64,000 bases of DNA, taken from assembly GCF_016432865.1 (NCBI RefSeq), contig NC_067399.1:660982001-661046000 (forward strand), given 5' to 3'. Both the position numbers and the translations under genes were made by a program. The DNA is from Antechinus flavipes. Lineage: Eukaryota. Positions 37,386 to 47,419 of this stretch are shown here, one piece after another. How positions within the stretch are numbered: position 1 is the stretch's first letter; every line of letters begins with the position of its first letter. Under the pieces are notes generated by a model, which was not told the DNA's origin, did not search any database, and saw only the letters and a list, made by a program, of their open reading frames with translations.

Positions 37386-38285
37386 TTACCTCTTTTCATT
37401 TGGTACCTGAATTGCAATAGGCTGCCCAAACATAAAGGTCACAATTTATATCTATGTTACTCTTCATTAGACAGATTACGTTTCTTTGTTTGTGAATTTC
37501 TCATTCTTCCTAAAGTTCAGTATCCCCATCTGGAAATGGGAAAAGGAACAAGAGAAGTAAATAAGTCATTCATAATTTTCCCTGCCCACCTACTTCTCTT
37601 TCATAGTCTAAAGGGTCAAAAATACATTTATTCTTGCTCTCCTACCCCACAATGAATGCACTATCTGGCTACTTGCAAATATAGCCTAGCTGGGTATTGG
37701 CCAATGGCAGACATCCTGAGATTTGCATGAGTACAAGTTTGGGTAAGAGTATGGCCAAGAGCTATTGACTACAGTCAAAGAAAATTCATTCATTTTCAGG
37801 TTAAAAGTCCTCAGGAAGGAGAATAACTCCAAATCCCTAAGCTTTATAGATCATAAGATTTAGAGTTAGAAGGCTCCTGAAAAGGCTTCTGGTCCAAATT
37901 CCTCATTTTTACATATAGAGAAGTTGGAGACCAAATAAGTAGGATGCCTTGACTGTGGATGAACATATTCACTACCTGGCAGAGCCAGAATTCAAATCCA
38001 ATCCTTCAGAGTCCAATCCTGCTTTTGATTCATCACTCTGAGTTGCCCATGCATTTTCAATCAGAACTGGATGAAGCAAATTTGAGACAATGGATGTGGG
38101 AGATCAGCATCTCAGGCACTGATGGACAAACAAACCTGCAGGGATGAATGAAAAAAATGCAGAAATGAAGGCTAGTTGGCAATCCCTATTACAGGGAAAC
38201 TCAAAGCCAGAAATCTGAGGATTAACAGATGCAGGTTGAATTTGTAGTAATGGGATCAAAATTGAAATGGATCTATATAGTGTGG

Positions 38286-38517
38286 GAGCAGCTACATGGA
38301 GCAATAGATAGAGTGCTGGGCGTGAATTTAGGAAAACGTGAGTTCAAATCCAGCCTCAGATACTTATTAGTTGTGTGATCCTGGGCAAGTATTTAACCCT
38401 GTTTGCCTGTTTCCTCATCTGAAAAATAAGCAGAGAGAGATTCTAGTATCTTTGCCAAGAAAACCTCAAATGGGCTCACAGAGAGTCAGACATGACTGAA
38501 ATGACCAAATGACAACA
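38286..38517 (+). mobile_element. CORE-SINE with RTE/BovB-type tail (Mar1/Mar3-type)
   Basis: CORE followed by ctagtatctttgccaagaaaacctcaaatgggctcacagagagtcagacatgactgaa...acaac. Confidence 0.85.
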
Positions 38518-38529
38518 TAGTATAGAATC

Positions 38530-38694
38530 GGGGCAGCTAGATAGTACAGTGGATAGAGCACCAGCCTTGAAGTCAGGAGGACCTGAGTTCAAATCTAGTC
38601 TCAGACACTTAATACTTCCTAGCTGTGTGACCCTGGGGAGGTCACTTAACCCCAATTGCCTCAGCAAATTTAAAAAAAAAAAAAAAAAAAACTA
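38530..38694 (+). mobile_element. Young short CORE-SINE (WSINE1-type) with poly(A)
   Basis: ggggcagctagatagtacagtggatagagcacc...gagttcaaatc...gtcacttaaccccaattgcctcagc plus an A20 tail. 16-bp TSD AACATAGTATAGAATC at 38514-38529 and 38695-38710. Confidence 0.95.
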
Positions 38695-39074
38695 AACATA
38701 GTATAGAATCCAGAGAATAGATAAAAAGTAGAATACTGAGTTTCAAAGTCTCTTCATGAAAACAAAAAATTCCTGATATTCTTGACATTTTATATTCTTT
38801 CCATTTCTCTCTTCTATACCCACATTCATCCACTTAAGACAACTGTGGGTTCAAATAGAGTCTCAAATGATTCTGTCACTGGGGTCTTCAGTTACCTTGT
38901 CCCTTCCTCCTCATTAAAAACAGTGCAGAATAGTAGATACGTTGTTAGCCTTGAAATGAAGAAGATCAGGCTTCAAATACTGTCTTCCTACCTTTTTGAG
39001 TCAAAATCTCCATGGGATTCAGCTTTCTCATTTTTAAAATAAGAGGTTTTGTTTTCAATGTTCTCTAAGATTCC

Positions 39075-39230
39075 TTCTTTTTAATTTTTTAATTAATTTT
39101 TAAATCTTAATTTTTTAATACTTAATTTATTATTATAATTTATATGTATTATTATAAATATAAATATATTATAAATTATAATTTATTAAATTATAAATTA
39201 AAATTTTAATTAAATTAAAAAGTTTAATAT
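39075..39230. repeat. Extreme AT-rich low-complexity tract
   Basis: About 150 bp containing only a handful of G/C. Confidence 0.9.
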
Positions 39231-39299
39231 GATGCTCTTATGATTAATGAAGTCCATCCAAATCTCAATCATAGAATCACTGAATATGAAGCTGTTCTT

Positions 39300-39970
39300 C
39301 CTAATGTACCTCAAAATGCATTAAATTAGGTTGGGGTTTTATTATTTTTTTTGTCTACTATTTCATATTGCCGATTCATATTGAGTTTGTAGCATATTAA
39401 AATACCAAAACCTTTTTCAGGATAGCTACTGGCTGATCAATCTCTCCTTTCTTATACTTTTGAAGTTGAATTTGTATACTTAGCCATGATATTTTTACAT
39501 TCATACCTAATGAGATTCAACCTCATGCAACATTGGTAGATTCAGCCCATATTCTAGCCTGTCAAGATCCTTTTAGATCTTCCCTCCATCATTATATGTT
39601 AGCTATCACTCTAGCTTTGTGTAATCCGTAAATTTGATAAGCATGCTATCCATGCATTTATACAATTTTAAACAGCACAGGGCTAAGTACAGATTTCTAG
39701 GGTATTCCATTGAATATGTCTTGCCATATTGACACTGAACAATTAATAACTGTTCTTTGTTCCATCATCTCATCATCACTGAATCCTTCCACATGAATTA
39801 TTATCTAATCCTTTCCATTGTCTCAATAAGAATAGTATAAGATACTTAATCAAAAGCTTGACCAAAATCAAGTGAACTTAGAGTTAACATAACAATTAGT
39901 TTACTCATTTAGTTAAATTTTAAAAAGGAAATTAAGTTGTTCCTGTATAACCTGTTCTTGATGAAGCCAT
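39300..39970 (-). mobile_element. L3/CR1 RT-region relic
   Basis: ttctagcctgtcaagatcctttt...taaatttgataagcatgctatccatg...aacagcacagggctaagtacaga...tcaaaagcttgaccaaaatcaag. Confidence 0.7.
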
Positions 39971-39989
39971 TCTAACTTTTTTGTAACCA

Positions 39990-40660
39990 CAATAAGTAGC
40001 TAGAAGGTAGTTAGAAATATGGGATTAGAGTTTAGGATGTATTTGTATACATTTGATGGAAACTATAAATGTAGATAGTTTTCCACACTCTCATTCCAGA
40101 GAATATGCAGAGAGAGAAGAGAAAAGGACCCAGGACAGAATGTAGAAGGATATCCACATCTAGGGTGGAGAAAGATGAACCTCTAAAAGACAGTGAGGAG
40201 GGTGATCAGATAGGGTGCAGAAAGGGCATCATATTATCTCAAGCAGATTATCTCTCAGCAGGAACTGGTCAACAGAATCAAAAGCTGGAGGGAGATCAAA
40301 GAGAAGTCCTGAGAAGAAACTATTACATTTAACAAGTAAGTGATTTTGGATTACCTTTCTTTTTTTATTAAAGCTTTTTATCTTCAAAACATATGCATGG
40401 CTAATTTTTAAACATTAACCCTTGTAAAAACCTTATGTTCCAAATTTTCCCTTTCCCCCAAACCTCTCCCCTAGATAGCAAGCAAATTACCTTTCAAAGA
40501 GAAATTTCAGTAGAATATGAGGTCAGATGCTAGTTCCAATCTTTTTGGCAAGCAAGCAAAGAAAGGCAGCAGGTGTAGACTGATTTGTGTAGAGGTTTAG
40601 TGAAGAAGAAAGGAGACACAGGGAAAGAACTTGAGAGTTTGACAGGATAAAGGAAAAAAA
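39990..40660 (-). mobile_element. L2 relic interrupted by a short L1
   Basis: gagagagaagagaaaaggacccaggacagaa...ggtcaacagaatcaaaagctggagggagatcaa...|...aagagaaatttcagtagaat. Confidence 0.7.
40360..40485 (-). mobile_element. Very short L1 3' end inserted in L2
   Basis: T-tail plus attaaagcttttttatcttcaaaacatatgcatggc...cccctagatagcaag. 10-bp TSD ATTACCTTTC at 40350-40359 and 40486-40495. Confidence 0.85.
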
Positions 40661-42899
40661 TTTTTTCTATGGATAGGGAAGTTCAAATCATTTTCTTTTT
40701 CTATTCATCTTAACTCCCCTTTTTAATTGTTAAGGAAAGTATCATCCACAGACTGATAAAACTATATGTTTATTCAGAAAGGATCTTTCAATCCCTCTAG
40801 TTGAGGCTCCCAATTTTATATTTGAGGACATTAGCTTGTTTTTAAGTCACACATGACAGAGTCAGAATCTGAACCTGAATCTGGCTGAATTGTAAACTCT
40901 TTCCATTGCACTATAATAATATAGGATAGTTCCATTACAGTATAGTTAGTCCAACAACCATTTATCAAGGTTTTACCATCTGCCTAAATGTCCAGTATCT
41001 TTGGCAAGAAAATCCCAAATGGAGATAGATATGACTCAATAACAAATTTGTGCATGTGTATATGCATAGACACATATGTTACATATGTATATGTACATCA
41101 CTTATACATATGCACACATACGTGTTTTTGTGTACAGTACAAGTATTTTCTGCACACACATTCCTCCCAATTAATCAGAGCTCCAGAAGTCTCTGACAAA
41201 ATGAGGCTGTGGGTATGTTTCTAGCTATCTACTTATAAAAGCTAGAACTCCCTCACTTGAATGAAACCAAGAAGGAAAGAGAATAAGGTCAAGTGGTTGG
41301 AACCTTTCCTAAAAGTCTTTGTTCACTACATCACAAGCAGCCTGGAAACAGCCTCAGACTACTTGAGACATAGGGCAGAGTATGATAGTCAAAAAGACTG
41401 AGTTCTTATTGGCCAATCCCTAATATACTTACAAGTTATTTCAAGCGAAAGAAAGCAGTAACTTGGAAGAAACAGAACCGGTTTCATTGAAATGTGTGTT
41501 GCAAAGGGGTTTTAGAAAGGAGGCAAGATGAGATTGCATTACACTTACAGAGGAATCTGCATGATAAACATCCCTCTGGTCAATTTAGATAGATAAACTG
41601 AACTGGAAAGAAGAGAGTAGAAAAGGGAGTATTATAGTTGTGAAACAAAACTCAAAATATAAATTGGGGCCAAACTAGAGATTGAGGATTGTATATTTTA
41701 CCATATGAGCACAAAGGACTCACTGGAAATTTTTGAGTAATGGAACAGCAGGTGAAAAATGTCTTTTAGGAATATCAATTCTATAGCTTTATGGATAATG
41801 AACTGGAGAGGGAAGGAACAAGAAAGGAGAAGACCAATTTAGAATCAACTGCCTGGTTCCCAAAGGCCATGAGTAAATACCAAATGAAATGATCTATTAC
41901 TTCAACCTTCAAAATTCTTGTGATGCTTCAGTTCTCTAAGTTTTGTTTTGTTTTTAGAGAATCAAAACAATAGGCACATTATTTTTTGAAATCATTTTTT
42001 TCTTATATAACAATGCAATCAATTGGTTGGCTTAAAATTAGCAATCTCCATTGCCTACTGAATGTCTCCTGTCTAGACTCAATCTGCCCTACTCTTCCTA
42101 TCGCTCCTCTAACTGCTTTGTGCTCCTTCTATGTTTTGACCTGTTCAACATACTTCCTTTCTATGTCCTGACCTGACCCATCTACTTCTTTTGCCTATGC
42201 AGTGACCTACACTGTACCCATACTTCAAACCACATTTATTAGGCAGGTCCAAATTCAATTTTAGAGTAACATTTAACTATGGCAACTTTGAAATCAATGG
42301 CATATTTTAGAAAAAGTAGCATTTCTCTGTGTTTATTTTATGACAGAAATAAATCTCAGTAAAATTAAGATTTATTCATGTCTATTAATCTAATCTATTC
42401 TGCTCTAGTTTATCTGGAGACAATGCATCAAAATTGATACTCAGTCTCCAGATCAAGAGTACTGGAGTAATTGAAGGTTGCTGCTTCCTAGTTTCTCTGT
42501 TTCTCTGTTGCTATGCTAACAACTGATGAGGAAAAGAGTGGGGAGAAAATAATTAAAATGTCTGAGGACAACACAAGATGAAAAATCGGGTCAGTCAATC
42601 AATCAATAACATTTATTAAATGCTTCTTATATGCCAGACGTTGTGCTAAATGCTAGAGATACAAAGACAAACCAGTTTCCATCTCAAGGCATTTGCACTT
42701 AATTGGAATAAAGAGTACGTGGAGGGTGCTTCTTTCTGGGAGTCTCTCCATTGGAAGGCGCATTAGGGGGTATTTCAATGGGCCTAAACCAAAATTTGCT
42801 AAACCAAAACATATTCCCAAAAAGACTTTAAATAAAACAGACTCCACTAACCCCTGAGGTAGTCCATTTATTTTGATATAGTTCTAATTCTTTTGGCAA

Positions 42900-43420
42900 C
42901 AACTATTTATTAAATAGCTGGGCACTGTGCTACATACTTGGGGTGCCAAGAGAGACCAAAGCAATTCCTGCTTTCAAGGAACTCACAGTCTAATAGCTCC
43001 AACAACATAGAAATCATCATACATGAACAAGAGAATATACAAAATAAAGTGGAAATCATGTTCAAGGGTAGGCTTTATCATTAAGGAAAAACTGGGAAAG
43101 TCTTCTTGCAAAAGGAAGGATGTGAGCCAAGAGTTGAAAGAAGTCAGAGAGGTGGAGCTGAAAAGGCACAGGTTATGGGGGCGTTCAATGAAAATTTATT
43201 GAGTCAGAAAATAGATTGTCTTGTGGGATAAAGAGCAGAGTAGTGTCACTGAATCATAGACTATGGAGAAAGGAGTATAATGCAAGATGACTGGAAAGAT
43301 AGGAAGAAGCCAGAATATGGAGGGCTTTAAAACCCAAACAGAGGATTTTATATTTGAACCTGTGAGATAATAGAGAGCCACAGCTCCCATCAATTTGATG
43401 GAATTATAAGACATGAACCT
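42900..43420 (-). mobile_element. L2 3' fragment
   Basis: tttattaaatagctgggcactgtgcta...cctgctttcaaggaactcacagtctaa...gagggctttaaaacccaaacagaggattttatattt. Confidence 0.8.
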
Positions 43421-43591
43421 TTGGAATGGAGATATTTCTTAGACATGCACATAGAATGGCTGGAATACTTCCTTCTCAGTTCTACCTCTTAAAATCTGTT
43501 TTCTTGAAAATGGTGAATGAGCATCACATTCTAGATTATGCTTTGCTTGTTTCCCTCCAAATGATTGATTGCTCTACCCTTTCCCACTCAC

Positions 43592-43625
<34 letters not shown>

Positions 43626-43664
43626 AAAAAACCTTGGATTAATTTTGTTTATACTTAAAGGTGG

Positions 43665-43892
43665 AGGCAACTAGGTAGTATTGTGAACAGAGCACAGGGA
43701 AGCCTGGAGTCAGAAAAAAAAGAGTTCAAATTTGACCTCAGTCTATTACTAGCTATATGATTCCTGTGATTCAGTTCTTTTTCTATAAAATGAGCTGCAG
43801 AAGAAAATGACAGACCACTCCAGGATCTTTGCCAAGAAAACTCCAAATAGAGTCACAAAGAGTGAGACATGACTGAAACAACCACACAACAA
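43665..43892 (+). mobile_element. CORE-SINE with RTE/BovB-type tail
   Basis: gaccactccaggatctttgccaagaaaactccaaatagagtcacaaagagtgagacatgactgaaacaaccacacaacaa. Confidence 0.85.
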
Positions 43893-44661
43893 GTAAAAGT
43901 GGAAATTCTCTACTCTCATCTCAGTTAATATAACAGCAGGTCCAGATGCCTAAATTTAATCAACCAACAGGGTAAACTGTTTCAGAATGCTAAGGAACTT
44001 CACTGAGATATGTGAATAAACCCACCTTGATGTAAAAGGATTGTAATATTCTGACCGTTGGATGAAAGTAGTTAATAATAAATAAAAACCATTTTGTTAC
44101 TGAGAATCAGATGCAACTCAGAGCCAATGTGTAAGTTCAACATTCTAGCAGTGAGGAATCTATTTTAGGAATCAAGGATTCCATTTCAAAAGTTGAAGTC
44201 AAGCCACCAGAAGGGAATAGGAGCAAAGAGAAAATTCTCTACCACCATCCCTCCTTTGAACTAGAAATTGGGAAGAAGAATGGTTAACAAAAAATGAATT
44301 CACTTGGCATTAGGGAGACTTAACTAGGGGCCAAATGAATATTTAATGATTATTTTTGGATTGAAGTCCAGAGTGCTAAAACTTCTGGTATGGAAATTTG
44401 CTACACCAAAATAGATTAGCCATTGATCTGTAAACTCTAAGAGGTTTAGAATTACCTTAGGTGTACAGACAGATTTAGTGACTTTCTCATACTCACATGA
44501 CTACAGTATTTCAGAGGCAATATTTGAACCCAAGTCTTGCTTACTGTGATTCTGTCTCTCCATTCATTATTTTATGCATAATTTTCTAATTTATTATTTA
44601 CTTATTTTACCATTCTTTTTTTTATTCTTTTTTTTGAGTTCTAGATTCTCTCTCCTCTTGA

Positions 44662-45031
44662 TGAGGTGTGAGAAAGTAGAAATTCCTGAGAAAGCCTAAG
44701 GCTATATGGCCTTGGGAATGCCACTAACAATACTGGCCAATAGCAGTAATTTAATACTGATTCTGTTGGTCAATAAAGCAAAGAGCTAATGATGGGAACT
44801 ACCCCACTCCTGCTACTCTGAAATTATACCTCTAAACCATGATATTAGCATATCAACTTAATCTTTGTTTCTCTTTCCTATAAAGTTATCTTCTTGATTC
44901 TGACTCTTTGCTAAAAATTCCTTTGTCAAGTAATAAATCTTTGCCCCTTAACTTGGAGACTGTGTGCAAATTCTTTCACCAAACTCCATCAATCAGGAGG
45001 ACCCTGAACTTTGGGGGTGTCTTTCTCCTCA
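44662..45031 (+). mobile_element. Solo LTR (ERV-type), about 370 bp
   Basis: TG...CA ends with short inverted termini (tgagg...gagaaag / ctttctcctca), a TATA-like cctataaag and AATAAA. Its 3' part is similar to 46730-46913. No TSD visible. Confidence 0.7.
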
Positions 45032-46084
45032 AAACTCTTTCCCCTTCTTTACCTACTGTGAAGGCAAGTAATATGCTCTCAATTATACATATGGAATTAT
45101 GTTATGCTACTTTAAAATTATGAGTTGGATAAAAAAGATGTTCCATGATACCACATATTCAGATATAGTTTAATTTAAAAAGATGTTATTTCTTGTTAAT
45201 TTTTCTCACACTATGCTAATGGCACTGAAATAGATCAATAATGCAATGTGATTTACCCTGAAAAAATATTCCCTTTTATAAAATCTGCCATATAACCTAT
45301 CATCCACTTTAAACAGTCTTGCTTTTCACTTGATAACCTGGGGAATGAGCTCAAGGAAAGCCACAAAGAGGTACCCTAAAAGTCCAGTCTGTTGGACAAC
45401 AACCATTTCTTAAGACTGTTATGATCTGACAACTGTAATAAGCCCTCTGGATAAAAAGGAAAGCAAACAACAATCTCCATCCATAAGGAGCCCAAATTCT
45501 AATGAGAAACATAACATGGACACACAAAATAAGTACAGAATAGGTGGAATATAATCTCAAAGAAAGACATTGGCAATGAGAACAGAAAGATGGACTGGGA
45601 AAGACTTCCTATAAAAGATATAATTTAAGCTGAGTCTTATAGGAAGTCATTTTTTTCCTTGGAAGGAAAAAAATCTTGCCTATTCAATTAGAAGATAGAG
45701 AGAAGCCCTTCCTCAGGATAATGATGTAAAAAACACCCAGTGTATCAATGGCTCTTTTCTTGGTTCATCTAACATCTATCATTATATATGTCAGTCATGA
45801 GCCCAAAGTTCCAGACCTAGGAAAAACATAAATATACTTAGTTGAAAGACTGTGAGAAAGTATAATGTCTGATGAAAATGGAATTTAGCCTTGAACTATC
45901 TATCCTCAGAGCAAGTCTTCAGGAAATGTTGAAGATCCTTGAAATACTATTTAATCACTATGTAGATATCAAAGTTTATGGGAGTTAAGGTAAATCATTT
46001 ACCTCCATAGACCTGCTTCCTCATCTATAAAATGTGAGTACTATAAACTAAGCCATCTTATCTTTTCCAGCATTAAATATCTAA

Positions 46085-46913
46085 TGCTATGACCCCATGA
46101 TCCATTTAATTAAGGGGCTGGCCACCTTAGATCTCCAAGAGCTTTCCTGGTTTGTTTCTTCAAGCCCATTTGGAAGGCACCTTGAATTTTTCATAATTTC
46201 AGAGGGAGATGAGAAAGAAGCCCTGATAGGTGGCTTGCTCTGGAAATTCAAAATGGTCATTAAAACTGGTGCATCTCTTTTCAAAAAAATCAAACCAATT
46301 TTTGCCAATACTTCAGGGATTTGTGATTACATAAAAGCAACTCATAAATCCTTCAAACTACAATTGCTGAACCCTGAAACCTGACTGGTTTTGTAGGGAT
46401 TTATAACAGAGGGGAAGATTTAGGAAGGATATAAGCTCCATCTTTTGAAATTAAAAGTGAAGGAGGTACAGCTTCTAGGAGAAATACAGCAGTAATTCTG
46501 AGGTCCCCAAACTTTAGGAGTTCTGTTGTCAATGATCTTCAAGTCTCCTGGCTTTAGAAATATGGTCCTAGAAACGTTGATGACTGCCAGATAAAAATCT
46601 CTTGGTCTGAGATAACAGGGTTTCTGTGACAAATGGTGAGATGTATACCAGACCAATCCTCAGTTCTGTATCTGAGCCACAAAATTAGCATATGAAGAAC
46701 CAGATTTCTCTGACCTTTCCTATAATTTATGATCTTGCTTCTGATTCTTTGCTAAATCTTTTTGAGACTTAACCTGCTTTAATTGGCTTTATATTTACAA
46801 TAAACTTTGTTCCTTGACTTGGGAATGGGTTCAAACCTGCAAATTCTTTTGAGACACCTTGGGACACCGGCCTATGACTCCAACCTTTTAGGATCTCCTT
46901 TTAAACCTCAACA
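46085..46913 (+). mobile_element. LTR/ERV-derived segment, about 830 bp, related to the 44662 LTR
   Basis: Shares cttg.ttctga.tctttgctaaa and aataaa.cttt.....ctt.acttgg...tgcaaattcttt with 44890-44980, and ends ...cctcaaca. The 5' boundary is uncertain. Confidence 0.6.
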
Positions 46914-46931
46914 TAAGGATTATTTTCTTTT

Positions 46932-47361
46932 TGTTAGATATTTTCTGTTTTGGGCCTAGAAAGCAGAACCCAGAACAGGAGGAGAGAAAGAAGGAAAACG
47001 TTTTCTGGCTTTTATTATGTAGCCATCAGCTAAAGAACTTGCTCCAAGACTATAGTTATGGGATTGAACTAGGAATTGCTAATGCCAACCTCACCAAAAG
47101 GAAGCTGGGTAAGGTGAGGGGGAATGCTTCCAGAGGTATCTAGTTTCCAGATACCACGTCCTATGTAGCTGAATCCAAGCAGAACAGAGGAAGGAAAGAG
47201 ATAAACCACTGGGACCTGGGTTAAGAGACTAAGAAAAGCCTCAGGCAGAATGTTGTATGAATAAAGCATTTTTAAAGTCCTCCTTGATTTTTGCAAAGAT
47301 AGAAAACTTTGGATTTTTTTAAATTAATACTTTTAATGGATTGGTAAAATTTGTTACTTCA
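46932..47361 (+). mobile_element. Third LTR-like element, about 430 bp
   Basis: Starts TGTTAG, ends ...gttacttCA, with AATAAA about 100 bp before the end. Richer in G/C than its flanks. Confidence 0.45.
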
Positions 47362-47367
47362 TACTCA

Positions 47368-47370
<3 letters not shown>

Positions 47371-47417
<47 letters not shown>
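47371..47417. repeat. (CA)n microsatellite
   Basis: Read directly. Confidence 0.95.

Positions 47418-47419
<2 letters not shown>

Noticed and set aside
38530-38600. tRNA-like A/B boxes (also at 31190, 51900 and 52960)
   Set aside because: These are the tRNA-derived heads of CORE-SINEs, not tRNA genes; each is followed by CORE sequence and no cloverleaf is evident.
43593-43629. Orphan 32-A run as a possible tail-only retrotransposition
   Set aside because: There is no TSD or element body, so it cannot be distinguished from an expanded homopolymer.
46097-46384. 95-aa ORF resembling a retroviral or enzyme fragment
   Set aside because: It lies in an LTR-like segment, and I find no gag, pol or env motif. 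Treated as chance unless BLASTX says otherwise.
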